NCBI GenBank assembly: GCA_902536655.1
Contig: CACAYF010000005.1
Coordinates: 5,790 to 69,789 of the forward strand
Reading direction: 5' to 3'
Length of the DNA: 64,000 bases
Source: an uncultured Alphaproteobacteria bacterium
GTDB taxonomy: Bacteria > Pseudomonadota > Alphaproteobacteria > Methylaequorales > Methylaequoraceae
Below the pieces are notes generated by a model. The model saw only the letters and a program-made list of their open reading frames with translations, ran no database searches and was not told the origin of the DNA. This document shows, piece after piece, positions 10,640 through 20,402 of this stretch; within the stretch, counting starts at the first letter, position 1, and every line of letters begins with the position of its first letter. Made by a program: the position numbers and the translations under genes.

Positions 10640-11458
10640 TTACAAGAATTTAAATTCATTTAATTTGATCTTATTGTCAACTTCTAATAGCTGATAATCC
10701 TTTATGACTTGTTCTGATATTTTTTTAAAACAATACGTGCAAGCCTCTTTTCTATTCAAAAAATCTGAAAACTTTTCTGACTTGTGAAAGCGTATGTCAA
10801 CTTCACTGGTTCCAAGTCCCAGAAACTTCCAAACGTGTGGTGCTAGATTCATAGCACCAAACCAAGCTAAAAATGGTCTATGAATCTTAACCAAGGGAAG
10901 ACCATCAAGCTTGTTGTAAGAAATTGAAATTGGTTGTAACTTATAATTTCTTAATTCCTCATGATCAACGACTTCAAAAAGAGAGCTTTTAAAACCCAAT
11001 ACTTTTGAACCGTCACTTGAAGTTCCTTCAGGAAATAAAATTACATTCAAACCATTCTCCATATTTTCTTTTATTAAAATAGCTTGTTTTTTCACAGATC
11101 TTCGGTTCTCTCTCTCAATAAATATTGTTTTACCTAGCATACAAAGTTTATTGATTATTGGCCAATCTCTTATTTCTGACTTAGCTACGAAGACAGCATT
11201 AACTAAGGAGCCTAAAATAATAATATCCAGGTAAGAAATGTGATTAGAAATAAACATTACTCTTTTTGCCTCTTGTTCTCCTGACACCTTTAATTTAATT
11301 CCAAATATTTTTCTTATACCAAAAAAAAGAAATTTATAAAAAACAAAGAAAAAACGTTGACAAAAACAAACGACAAGGAATTGGCAAAACGATATTATTG
11401 TTATCCATGGAACCAAAATAATTAGCCTTATAAATGATAATATTGGTGAATACAGCAT
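10640..11458 (-). CDS. olsA: lyso-ornithine lipid O-acyltransferase / 1-acyl-sn-glycerol-3-phosphate acyltransferase family
   Basis: PlsC-family HxxxxD motif (NHISYLD) and EGT motif (FPEGTSSDG). Lies immediately downstream of the OlsB-like gene, as in the olsBA operon. Confidence 0.55.
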   Translation of the reverse strand: MLYSPILSFIRLIILVPWITIISFCQFLVVCFCQRFFFVFYKFLFFGIRKIFGIKLKVSGEQEAKRVMFISNHISYLDIIILGSLVNAVFVAKSEIRDWPIINKLCMLGKTIFIERENRRSVKKQAILIKENMENGLNVILFPEGTSSDGSKVLGFKSSLFEVVDHEELRNYKLQPISISYNKLDGLPLVKIHRPFLAWFGAMNLAPHVWKFLGLGTSEVDIRFHKSEKFSDFLNRKEACTYCFKKISEQVIKDYQLLEVDNKIKLNEFKFL

Positions 11459-12408
11459 TAGTGAATTTTCTCAAAAGAAAGTTGGGCATATTTTTTCAAT
11501 ATTTTTTTTGAATTTAATACGATCAGAACGTCAGTAGTGTCAAATTTCAAATCAACTATAGCTCCGGGGCCTATCCATGCTCCTACCCTTATATAAGCTT
11601 TAATAAGTGGTGGTAAGTTTCTGAATTCTTGCACGACATCAATTGTATCTTTATGCATAACATTAAAGTTTGCTTTGAGTTTTCTAACTGGCCTTGTTCT
11701 AAGGGATTTTGGTGTTCTGTGGTAATGATACAAATAAGAAAGTTGTTTTATAAATAATTTATAGTTAGAAGATGGAAAACTTGCACATCCAAAAATTAGA
11801 TCTACGCGATTATTAACTATATATGTTGCTAGCCCCCTCCACAATAACCTGATAATTCTTCCATCTCTATACTGCTCATGAACACAGGATCTTCCGGCTT
11901 CCAACAGAGTATTTTTATTACTAGCTAATAAATTTGATATATCAAACTCTGACTCACTATAAAATCTTTGTCTATCAAGAAGTTTTGGTTTTAGTAAAAG
12001 TCTGTACGTGCCAACAACAAAATCGTCTGCTACAGATTTGTCAATAACAACCAAATGATCACAAAATTTATCATATTCATCAGAATCTGATTGTTTTGTT
12101 TTAGAGTTTTTAAAAAAACTTTTTTGTCTTAACTCCTTAACTTTATTAATTAATGAGTGAGAATCATTAATAATTTTTAAGTTAAATCGACCTAAATGAA
12201 TGTCTAGAGATCTTGAATTTGAAAATATAGCTCTCGAAATATAGGTGCATGAATTTGTTTCTATTTTTTTGTTTGACGATTTCTTGACGTAGATAAAGTT
12301 ATTTACTACTAACCTGATCTTATAAAAAAAATCTCTTAATTTTTCAACTTTTGAAAAACTACCCTGGTTTGATTTATTTTTTTGATCTACTTTTAATAGG
12401 AACAGCAT
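11458..12408 (-). CDS. olsB: ornithine-acyl-ACP N-acyltransferase (OlsB family, hemolysin-like)
   Basis: Conserved OlsB-family blocks CDHLVVIDK...VVGTYRLL...FYSESEFDI...GRSCV...LWRGL...FGCASF. The N-terminus is extended and low-complexity, so the real start may be internal. Confidence 0.65.
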   Translation of the reverse strand: MLFLLKVDQKNKSNQGSFSKVEKLRDFFYKIRLVVNNFIYVKKSSNKKIETNSCTYISRAIFSNSRSLDIHLGRFNLKIINDSHSLINKVKELRQKSFFKNSKTKQSDSDEYDKFCDHLVVIDKSVADDFVVGTYRLLLKPKLLDRQRFYSESEFDISNLLASNKNTLLEAGRSCVHEQYRDGRIIRLLWRGLATYIVNNRVDLIFGCASFPSSNYKLFIKQLSYLYHYHRTPKSLRTRPVRKLKANFNVMHKDTIDVVQEFRNLPPLIKAYIRVGAWIGPGAIVDLKFDTTDVLIVLNSKKILKKYAQLSFEKIH

Positions 12409-12799
12409 ATAACTCTAATCTATAATCTATTAACTTATAACCCATTTCTTTTGCTACTTGTTTCTGCATAGCGTCTACTAACGTATTTCTAAATTCCTTT
12501 ACTTTTCCAGTTTTAACATCAATCAAATGATGATGATTCTCTCTAACAGTTTCATACCTTGAGCTATATCCCCTAAACTCATGCTTTTCAAGCAAATTGT
12601 TATCTTCAAATAGCTTAATAGTCCTATATACCGTAGCAATACCAATTCTTTTATCAATTTTAGACGCTCGTTTGTGAACAGACTCAACATCTGGATGGTC
12701 TGAAGAATGAGATAAAACTTTAACAATTATTTTCCTTTGTTCAGTTAACTTAAGACCAAGCTTCTTACATTTTTCTAATAATGTTTCCAATTTTTCCAC
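12374..12799 (-). CDS. fur: Fur-family metalloregulator (Fur/Zur/Mur/Irr type not resolvable)
   Basis: 141 aa winged-helix plus HHH metal-site motif (RENHHHLID). Overlaps the annotated olsB start by 35 bp. Confidence 0.7.
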   Translation of the reverse strand: MEKLETLLEKCKKLGLKLTEQRKIIVKVLSHSSDHPDVESVHKRASKIDKRIGIATVYRTIKLFEDNNLLEKHEFRGYSSRYETVRENHHHLIDVKTGKVKEFRNTLVDAMQKQVAKEMGYKLIDYRLELYAVPIKSRSKK

Positions 12800-12891
12800 T
12801 CATTATTGAAATTTTATTAAGTTTTTATTAATTTACATTAAGTTATTATAATTAATCATATTATAATAACTTAACACAATTTAGAGGGTAA

Positions 12892-13104
12892 ATGAAAAAA
12901 AAAGTTTTGGATGTTACTGACTATAAATGCCCAATGACATTTTTAAAAACGAAAGAATTTATAAAACTCAATATTAATCATAAAAAAATTATTCTTCTCA
13001 AAGGCAAGAAAGACCTAGAACTTTTAAAAAATAGTTTAGAGAAAAATTTTAAGCTTAAAGTTATTCAAAAGAATGACGATATTTTTGAAATGGAGCTATT
13101 ATAA
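12892..13104 (+). CDS. TusA-like sulfurtransferase family small protein
   Basis: 70 aa with LDVTDYKCPMTFLKTKE, resembling the TusA LDxRGLxCPxPxxKTK motif with a CPxT variant. An RBS-like AGAGGG lies 4-9 nt upstream. Confidence 0.45.
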   Translation: MKKKVLDVTDYKCPMTFLKTKEFIKLNINHKKIILLKGKKDLELLKNSLEKNFKLKVIQKNDDIFEMELL

Positions 13105-13106
13105 AA

Positions 13107-13568
13107 TTAAATAATTCTCAACATTGTAAAGGAGTCGTTGAAAGATTCTTTGTTTCTGTAATAATTTTTTCTCCTCCCACTGAAAATGAAATTATGTTTT
13201 TTATAAAATTTTATAGCGTTAAAATTTGTCTCGTTAACGTCTAAAACAATTTTTTTTAATTTATTTTCTTTACAATATTTTAAACAACAGTCTAAAAAAT
13301 TTTTTGCCACACCTTTATTTCTGAATTCAGGAACAACAAAAATAGAGTAAATTTCTATAAAATCATCTATTTTTTTAAAAAAACAAAACCCATTTATTGT
13401 TTTATTTAAAGAAAATATAAATCCCTGGAAAATACTATTTTTTATTGAATTTTCTAGCTCCTCTGTTCTCCAAATATTTGATCCAAAATCTCTTAAATTT
13501 TTTTTTTGTAACATAAAAATTTCTTTTGAATGGTCTTTATTCAAAGGTAATATATAAGATTTATTCAT
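13107..13568 (-). CDS. rimI: ribosomal-protein-alanine N-acetyltransferase (GNAT)
   Basis: GNAT fold motifs (VVPEFRNKGVAKNFL). Adjacent to tsaB, which is the conserved pairing. Confidence 0.6.
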   Translation of the reverse strand: MNKSYILPLNKDHSKEIFMLQKKNLRDFGSNIWRTEELENSIKNSIFQGFIFSLNKTINGFCFFKKIDDFIEIYSIFVVPEFRNKGVAKNFLDCCLKYCKENKLKKIVLDVNETNFNAIKFYKKHNFIFSGRRKNYYRNKESFNDSFTMLRII

Positions 13569-14196
13569 AATATGTATGATGATAAATCAAACTTTTATCA
13601 TTTCGACCGTAACCAGAAAAAACAGCATTCGCAATCCTCTTAGCGCAAGGTTTAAAAACTTTCTTTTTATTATGAGTTATCGAATTTAATAATGAAAAAA
13701 ATTTACTTGAATTTGAAACTATAGTTAAAGCTTTGTTCTTTCTATTTTCTTCATTTATAAATTTTTCTAATTTTTCTAAATTTCCTGAAAAAAAATCAGA
13801 GTCTGGTATAAACATTTTATTCTCACGCATAAATAATTGGTAAAAAAAATTATTGTTGTAATTTTCATAGAAAACTAAAATTTTTTTTTCTTTGTTTTTA
13901 AAACAAGACAAATATATTTCAAATTCTGTTACGTTGACAATTTTAGCTTTATGTGAGAATGAAATTGCCTGAGCAATGGCCCTAAGCGCTCGAAGTGCAG
14001 TGAAACTTCCGGGTCCAACTGAAAAAAAGACATTATTTATATTTGTTCTTTTATTTAAGACTTTATTAATTAGTATAAAAATAGAATCGTTAGTTTTATC
14101 TTTAACTATTTTTTCAAAAAATTTTTTTAACAATTTTCCTTCATATAGTGCAACAGAGATTCTTTGACTTGAACTAAAAATTGATAATGATAACAT
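13561..14196 (-). CDS. tsaB: tRNA threonylcarbamoyladenosine biosynthesis protein TsaB (YeaZ)
   Basis: N-terminal Kae1/YgjD-like fold (ISVALYEG ... GPGSFTALR) without the metal-binding HH motif. Confidence 0.65.
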   Translation of the reverse strand: MLSLSIFSSSQRISVALYEGKLLKKFFEKIVKDKTNDSIFILINKVLNKRTNINNVFFSVGPGSFTALRALRAIAQAISFSHKAKIVNVTEFEIYLSCFKNKEKKILVFYENYNNNFFYQLFMRENKMFIPDSDFFSGNLEKLEKFINEENRKNKALTIVSNSSKFFSLLNSITHNKKKVFKPCAKRIANAVFSGYGRNDKSLIYHHTYYE

Positions 14197-14212
14197 ATTC
14201 TTAAATCTAAAA

Positions 14213-14749
14213 ATGAATCAAAATCTAGTCAAAGTAAACAAAAAAAAATTAGAAGTTTTAATTGATCTTAGGTACTCAACCACAAATAACTTTACAAAGG
14301 AAAAGGTGTTTTTATCTAAAGAATGTTTTATACATAAAGTTGCTTATGAACACTTAGATTTAGCAGTTCAGATAGCAAAAAAACAAAACCTTAAAATCAA
14401 AATATTTGATGCATATAGACCTGTTTACGTTCAAGAAAAATTATGGGCATGTTTACCTGATCCAAACTTTATTGCCCCTCCTTATAAAGGTTCTCCTCAT
14501 TCAAGAGGTGTTGCAATTGATTTAACACTTGTAAATTCTAATAATATTGAACTTGATATGGGTACTGGGTTTGACGAATTTTCAAGACTTTCATATCATG
14601 GTTGTTTAGATATTACTAAAGAGGCCTATAAAAATAGATTGATACTCTTGGGTATTATGACTGATGCTGGTTGGGATTTCTTTCGAAATGAATGGTGGCA
14701 TTATCAACTCTATAACTCCAAAAACTTCCCTATAGTTAATGACATTTAA
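14213..14749 (+). CDS. ddpX: D-alanyl-D-alanine dipeptidase (peptidase M15D, VanX/DdpX-like)
   Basis: SPHSRGVAIDLTL and EWWHYQ motifs of the zinc D-Ala-D-Ala dipeptidase family. Confidence 0.65.
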   Translation: MNQNLVKVNKKKLEVLIDLRYSTTNNFTKEKVFLSKECFIHKVAYEHLDLAVQIAKKQNLKIKIFDAYRPVYVQEKLWACLPDPNFIAPPYKGSPHSRGVAIDLTLVNSNNIELDMGTGFDEFSRLSYHGCLDITKEAYKNRLILLGIMTDAGWDFFRNEWWHYQLYNSKNFPIVNDI

Positions 14750-15755
14750 GTCACTTATTAAAAAGGCTTTTTTTATTTGCCTTTTTTTTGTAGCAATAAA
14801 GGCCAATGCAGAAGAATCAAATATCACAGTACTTATGTATCATAGAGTCGGTGATGATAGATATCCTAGCACTAGTATTTCTCAAGAGCTTTTTGAAAAA
14901 CATATTGAATATTTAGTTGAGGAAAATATTAATGTTCTTCCAATTACAGAGCTTTCAAAGTATCTAAAAAAAGAAATCAGTCTTACTAATAAAACAGTAT
15001 TCATCACTATTGATGACGCTTACAGGTCATTTTTTCAAAATGGTTTTCCGATTCTGAAAAAAAATAAACTTCCTTTTGGTATTTTTGTTTCTTCAGAGTA
15101 CGTATCGAGTGCAGAGAAGTCGGAATTTATGAGTTGGTCAATGCTCAAAGAAGTTTCTAAAAGCAATGGCCTTATTCTTAACCATTCTAAAAGTCATGAA
15201 AGTCTTGTGGGAATGGATATACTAACTCTAAAAAAAGAAATAGAGCAAAATCAAATTGAAATTGAAAAAAAAATTGGGAAACAACCAAAAATTTTCTCGT
15301 ATCCATACGGAGAAAGTAGTAAAACTATAGAAGAAGTAATAAAAATGTTAAATTATGATATTGCTTTTTCTCAACATTCAGCGCCTATTCACTTAGATCA
15401 GAACAAATATAGACTCCCAAGATATGCTCTAAATGATGAATTTGGAAGTTTAAAAAGATTTAAAATGATTATTCAAACCAAGCCTTTGGAAATATTTGAA
15501 AGTTCTTTTGATGACTCAATTGTTAACACAGATGAATTAAATTTTAGTTTTCATACAAAATTTCCATCGGAATCAATTAACTGTTTTGTAAATAACTCGG
15601 CAGCTATGATAAAAAAAGATGATGGAGAGAAGGTTACCCTATATCTCTCAAAATTGAAAAATGGAGTTAGGTATAGGATAAATTGTACTTATGTTGACCA
15701 GAGAGGAGAAATACTTTGGTATGGAAAAATGATTAAAAGAGTAAATTTATTTTAA
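14739..15755 (+). CDS. secreted polysaccharide deacetylase (NodB homology domain)
   Basis: Signal peptide followed by the FITIDDAYRS NodB motif. The C-terminal extra domain is unknown. Confidence 0.6.
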   Translation: MTFKSLIKKAFFICLFFVAIKANAEESNITVLMYHRVGDDRYPSTSISQELFEKHIEYLVEENINVLPITELSKYLKKEISLTNKTVFITIDDAYRSFFQNGFPILKKNKLPFGIFVSSEYVSSAEKSEFMSWSMLKEVSKSNGLILNHSKSHESLVGMDILTLKKEIEQNQIEIEKKIGKQPKIFSYPYGESSKTIEEVIKMLNYDIAFSQHSAPIHLDQNKYRLPRYALNDEFGSLKRFKMIIQTKPLEIFESSFDDSIVNTDELNFSFHTKFPSESINCFVNNSAAMIKKDDGEKVTLYLSKLKNGVRYRINCTYVDQRGEILWYGKMIKRVNLF

Positions 15756-15757
15756 AG

Positions 15758-16699
15758 TCAATTAGTTTTATCAAACTTCATAAAATTATTTGTTTCAATA
15801 AGCAGTTTAAGGTCATTGACGTAAGCTTGGTCTCTCTCTGAATAATTTTTTAAAAAATTTGCCAGTACATTTCCAGATAAGCTCTCTCCATTCATCCTTA
15901 ATTTTCGTCTTTCTTGTCTAAAGTCCTCGTATGCTAAATGGGTATTGATATTTTTTAAGTACGATCTTACCGAATCTGAGAGTGTGGGAAATTTTTTAAC
16001 AAAAAATTTCTTTCCATCTGCTCTTTTTTTTGGTTTAATTCCGCTTTTACTATCATATGTATATTGCCCAAAAATTGCATTTCCCTCATTCATATAACGA
16101 GAACTCCCCCATCCACTTTCAATAGCGGCTTGGGAAAGAGCCAAAGATAAAGGAACCATATCAACCCTGACCAATAATTTACCTAGGCTAGACTCCGTGT
16201 AATTATACTTTTCACTAAGTTCAAAAAGCCAATTAGGCCAAAATTCTCGTGACACCACTTCACCTCCTGATTGATTCCACCAATCCAGAATTCTTTTTCT
16301 ATCTTCGAGTATTTTTCTATTTTCTACAAAAATTATAGGTAATAATGTATAAATAAATAATTTCTTTCTTTTATTGACTGACTTTATTTTTGAAAAATCG
16401 TTTGGCCAGCTAGAAAATATTATTAAATTTGATGATTGGTCATTAAGAAAGGACTCGACAGAAAAATCATATTTTTCAAATATGTCGATCATTTCATTTG
16501 CCTCGCCTATAAAATCAACTTTTGATTCTTTGTTAATGTAATCTAACATCGATTTGTCTTGGACTATAAAGCTAATAGAGGAGTTCCCGATATTATTCTT
16601 ATTAGAAAACCCTTTATAAAATCCAATCGCTAAATTTATAAATATTAGTGAAACCAAAAGAACAATTATGTTTCTGTTAATTGCCTTACTTTTTTCCAT
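15758..16699 (-). CDS. glucosaminidase-domain protein (FlgJ C-terminal domain / Bax-like)
   Basis: N-terminal TM helix and a C-terminal mannosyl-glycoprotein endo-beta-N-acetylglucosaminidase domain (SQAAIESGWGSSRYMNEGNAIFG). Confidence 0.6.
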   Translation of the reverse strand: MEKSKAINRNIIVLLVSLIFINLAIGFYKGFSNKNNIGNSSISFIVQDKSMLDYINKESKVDFIGEANEMIDIFEKYDFSVESFLNDQSSNLIIFSSWPNDFSKIKSVNKRKKLFIYTLLPIIFVENRKILEDRKRILDWWNQSGGEVVSREFWPNWLFELSEKYNYTESSLGKLLVRVDMVPLSLALSQAAIESGWGSSRYMNEGNAIFGQYTYDSKSGIKPKKRADGKKFFVKKFPTLSDSVRSYLKNINTHLAYEDFRQERRKLRMNGESLSGNVLANFLKNYSERDQAYVNDLKLLIETNNFMKFDKTN

Positions 16700-17268
16700 T
16701 ATTGATTTATAGCTTCAACTGAATCAATTTCCGGAATATAATATTTTAACATGTTTTCTATTCCAGATTTTAATGTTATTGTTGAGCTAGGACATCCAGA
16801 GCAGGCACCCCTAAGTTCAAGAAAAACGATCCCTTTTTGAAGTTTAACAAAATTTATATCACCTCCGTCTTGAGCAACAGCAGGTTTAATTCTTTCTTCA
16901 AGTAATTCGTTTATTTTATTGACAATTTCTTGATCTTTTTTTGTATATTTTATTTTATTTCCTTCTGGTTTAGTTTCCGATTCATAATTTTCAATTTCCC
17001 CACCAGAAGAAAAATAGTCTAAAATAGATGACAATAAAGTAGGTTTTAAAATTTCCCATTCTACTGATTCAGATTTGGTCACAGTCAAAAAATCTTTTCC
17101 AATAAAAACACCTTTAACGTTTGCATCAGTAAATAATTTGCTTGCAAGAGAGTTGTTTGTGGCCTCTTCTGGAGATTTAAACTCCAGAGTTCCTTTCTCT
17201 AGTAATATCTTTCCAGGAAGAAATTTTAAAGTAGCTGGATTTGGAGTTTCTTCAGTCTGTATAAACAT
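16699..17268 (-). CDS. NifU/Nfu-family Fe-S cluster assembly protein
   Basis: Nfu N-terminal domain (TPNPATLKF) plus a NifU-like C-terminal CxxC (GACSGCPSS). Confidence 0.65.
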   Translation of the reverse strand: MFIQTEETPNPATLKFLPGKILLEKGTLEFKSPEEATNNSLASKLFTDANVKGVFIGKDFLTVTKSESVEWEILKPTLLSSILDYFSSGGEIENYESETKPEGNKIKYTKKDQEIVNKINELLEERIKPAVAQDGGDINFVKLQKGIVFLELRGACSGCPSSTITLKSGIENMLKYYIPEIDSVEAINQ

Positions 17269-17286
17269 ATCATTAAAATAATGAAA

Positions 17287-17757
17287 TCATGATAACTTGT
17301 CAATTTCTTCTTCTGTTAAAAGTGGAGGAATAATTGTTATAGGAACTTTTATTTTATCACTTTGTTTAAGAGTAAAAGCACTTATCAAAGGGTCTCCACT
17401 TGATCTATTGGTTGAAGCTGCCAAAACAAAATTTGAAATAAACTTATTTGCACTGAGAAACTCTATTATACATTCTAATCTGTCACCCTTCATTATGAAT
17501 TTCTTTGGTTTTTTATTAGAAAAAGTTAGAACATAATTTTCATATTCTTTAATTTTGGATTCAGCTTCTTCTCTTGACTCTCTTTCAGCGATGTCTTCAA
17601 CCGCCTTCCAATGACTAAACTCAAGTGTTTCAAAAGTGTATAAAAGTGCTACTCTGCCATTTGCTCTAGCTGATCTTTGAGCTGCATACCTAAGCGCATT
17701 GAATATTTCCTTTGAATCATCAAGGACGACAAGAAATGTTAGTTCTTTTTCTGTCAT
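17287..17757 (-). CDS. universal stress protein (UspA) family
   Basis: 156 aa alpha/beta fold beginning LVVLDDSKE, UspA-like. Weak call. Confidence 0.4.
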   Translation of the reverse strand: MTEKELTFLVVLDDSKEIFNALRYAAQRSARANGRVALLYTFETLEFSHWKAVEDIAERESREEAESKIKEYENYVLTFSNKKPKKFIMKGDRLECIIEFLSANKFISNFVLAASTNRSSGDPLISAFTLKQSDKIKVPITIIPPLLTEEEIDKLS

Positions 17758-18515
17758 AAGTATTTTCTAAACAATAAACCTGCTGATAGACCTAAACTAA
17801 CTGCAATTATAGCAGAAAAGAGTCCGTACATAAATGAGAAATTGTGAGCAAATTTAAAAATAAATGAACTTAAACCGGGTTTGTAGACTTGTATTTTTAC
17901 TTTTTTACTCTCAAAATTATTTATACTATCAATTATGTTCAACGATACTGTGTAATCACCCTCTGGAGCATTCTTAGGGAGCTTAACTGGGATTTTAAAA
18001 AAGTTAGGTAATTTTTTATTTACTACCTCAAATGAATTATTTTTAATTAAAAACAAACCAAGTGACATTTTTTTTTTAATTAGATCTCTTTTTAAGTTAT
18101 CGTTGTCTTCTCCAATAAGTTTAACATTATCAAATAAATCTTTTTTTACTTCAAAATCGATTTCGTCATCATTTTTATTTGTATAGTAATGAAACAGACC
18201 TGGGTATACAAATTCTCCAGTTTTGTTCCATGACCACATTCCAAAAATCTTTTTCTTATTTTGCAAAATAACTTTCTGATTTGGGCCTCTAATTTTTAGA
18301 ACTAAAGAACTTTCAGAATCTGTAAATCCAAAAATTGTGAAGTCAGGCTTAACGTTATCTTTTGAAATTTCAATAAATCTATCTGATAAATCAAAGATTA
18401 ATGACTCAGAACTAGATTCCTTGAAAAACGAAATACCAATAAATAAAAATATGATTCTGATTAATACTCTTCTAAACATTTTGTAATATGATCCTAGAAT
18501 TTGCAGTTGGTTCAC
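17754..18515 (-). CDS. conserved alphaproteobacterial putative membrane protein (TIGR02186-like)
   Basis: N-terminal and C-terminal TM helices. Adjacent to and overlapping a TSUP transporter gene. I recognise the family only by its general pattern. Confidence 0.35.
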   Translation of the reverse strand: MNQLQILGSYYKMFRRVLIRIIFLFIGISFFKESSSESLIFDLSDRFIEISKDNVKPDFTIFGFTDSESSLVLKIRGPNQKVILQNKKKIFGMWSWNKTGEFVYPGLFHYYTNKNDDEIDFEVKKDLFDNVKLIGEDNDNLKRDLIKKKMSLGLFLIKNNSFEVVNKKLPNFFKIPVKLPKNAPEGDYTVSLNIIDSINNFESKKVKIQVYKPGLSSFIFKFAHNFSFMYGLFSAIIAVSLGLSAGLLFRKYL

Positions 18516-19386
18516 TTATTAACTCTATACCCATTTTAATGCAAACAATTAATACTATTAAGGCAAGCAAGATTCTTATTTGTTCTCCTTTAAATCTAGA
18601 TGTAAATTTTGATCCATATTGAGCACCAACTACACCCCCAATAAGTAAAAAAATTGCTAATATTAAATCAACTGAATAGTTAAAAGTAGCATGAAGAATT
18701 GAAACATTAAGTGTTACAAAAACAATTTGAAATAATGAGGTGCCAATTGCCACAACAGTTCCCATTCCAAAAAGATATATCATTGCAGGAACCATTACAA
18801 ATCCACCTCCGACTCCCATGAATGCTGATAATAGTCCAACAAATATTCCAACAAAAATTGGGAGCAAGATTGAGATAAAAATTTTAGATTGTCTAAACTT
18901 CAACTTTAGTGGCAGATAGTCCAAGAAACTTCTTTTCTTCTTTTTATAAGAAGAGTCAACTTTTTTTTCACTAACAAGAGATATTGTGCTCTCAACTAAC
19001 ATTAAAGTTCCTATAATCGCTAAAAAAAGAATATACAAAAACTTTATTATTAAATCGATATTTCCAGACTCTTTCAAAAAATTGAATAATATAACACCAA
19101 CAGTTGATCCGAAAATCCCACCGATAAGTAAGAAAATTCCTATTTCATAATCTATGTTTTTTTTTATACCGTGGGCCATGGCACCTGATACAGACGAACC
19201 AAGTATTTGAACAGACTCTGTTCCCACAGCCGTAGCAGGTGGGATTCCCATAAAAATTAGTAATGGTGTCATTAAGAATCCACCACCAACTCCAAACAAA
19301 CCAGACATGAATCCTACTAAAAAACCAAAAAATAGAATTAACAATAAATTAATTTGAATTTCAGCAATCGGAAGATAAAAACTCAT
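18472..19386 (-). CDS. TSUP (TauE/SafE) family anion exporter
   Basis: Polytopic membrane protein with two repeated 4-TM halves and Gly-rich motifs (GVGGGF, twice). Confidence 0.65.
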   Translation of the reverse strand: MSFYLPIAEIQINLLLILFFGFLVGFMSGLFGVGGGFLMTPLLIFMGIPPATAVGTESVQILGSSVSGAMAHGIKKNIDYEIGIFLLIGGIFGSTVGVILFNFLKESGNIDLIIKFLYILFLAIIGTLMLVESTISLVSEKKVDSSYKKKKRSFLDYLPLKLKFRQSKIFISILLPIFVGIFVGLLSAFMGVGGGFVMVPAMIYLFGMGTVVAIGTSLFQIVFVTLNVSILHATFNYSVDLILAIFLLIGGVVGAQYGSKFTSRFKGEQIRILLALIVLIVCIKMGIELISEPTANSRIILQNV

Positions 19387-20402
19387 GATTTAAAAAGTCC
19401 GATTGTGTTTTTTAATTTTGTTAAGCTTTCATTTGCCATTTCGTTCGCTCTAAGATTTCCATCCCTAAGAATCGAATCAAGATAATCTACATTTTTTAAA
19501 AGCTTCTTCATTTCAGAAGAAATTAAAGAAATTTTCTCGACAATAAGATCGCTTAAATCTTTTTTAAAAATTTTAAAATCTTTGTCGACATAGTTGGATA
19601 TTACATTATCTACCGATTCATTATCTAATGCAGAAAAAATATTTATTAAATTTTTGATTTCGGGTCGACCATCTAAATCTTGAAAATGTTCTGGGAACGG
19701 ATGAGAATCTGTTTTGGCTTTCTGAATTTTTTTTTCTATTTCTACAGCGTTGTCCGATAGATTAATTCTAGACTGATCTGATGGATCTGATTTACTCATC
19801 TTCTTCATGCCATCTCTTAGGCTCATCACCCTTGTAGCATTTCCAGTAATGATTGGTTCAGGAATTGGGAAAAAATCATTTTGATAATATCTATTAAACG
19901 CTTGTGCAATATCTCTTGATAATTCCAAGTGTTGTTTTTGATCATCTCCAACAGGCACATGTGTTGATTTATAAAGAAGAATATCAGCGGCCATTAATAC
20001 CGGATATGAATATAAACCAAGCGGCGCTCTCTCTTTATTTTTTCCTGCTTTATCTTTAAATTGAGTCATTCTATTAAGCCAACCAATTGGTGTATGGCAA
20101 CTCAATATCCATGCAAGCTCACTGTGTCCTGTGACGTTTGATTGAACAAAAATTATTGTTTTTTTAGGATTTATTCCTGAGGCAATATATGCGGCTGCGA
20201 CTTCTCTTGTATTTTGAAGTATTTGCGTGCGACTATCTGAAGTAGTAAGAGCATGCAAGTCTACAATACAAAAAATACAATTATTGCTAGATTGAAGTTC
20301 AATCCAATTTTTTATTGCCCCGAGATAATTGCCTAGATGAAGATTACCGGTTGGCTGCACCCCTGAAAAAACCAAATTATTTACTTTTTCTGAATTTTCC
20401 AT
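19383..20402 (-). CDS. trpS: tryptophan--tRNA ligase
   Basis: Class I HIGH-like motif (TGNLHLGN) and KMSKS. Confidence 0.85.
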   Translation of the reverse strand: MENSEKVNNLVFSGVQPTGNLHLGNYLGAIKNWIELQSSNNCIFCIVDLHALTTSDSRTQILQNTREVAAAYIASGINPKKTIIFVQSNVTGHSELAWILSCHTPIGWLNRMTQFKDKAGKNKERAPLGLYSYPVLMAADILLYKSTHVPVGDDQKQHLELSRDIAQAFNRYYQNDFFPIPEPIITGNATRVMSLRDGMKKMSKSDPSDQSRINLSDNAVEIEKKIQKAKTDSHPFPEHFQDLDGRPEIKNLINIFSALDNESVDNVISNYVDKDFKIFKKDLSDLIVEKISLISSEMKKLLKNVDYLDSILRDGNLRANEMANESLTKLKNTIGLFKS

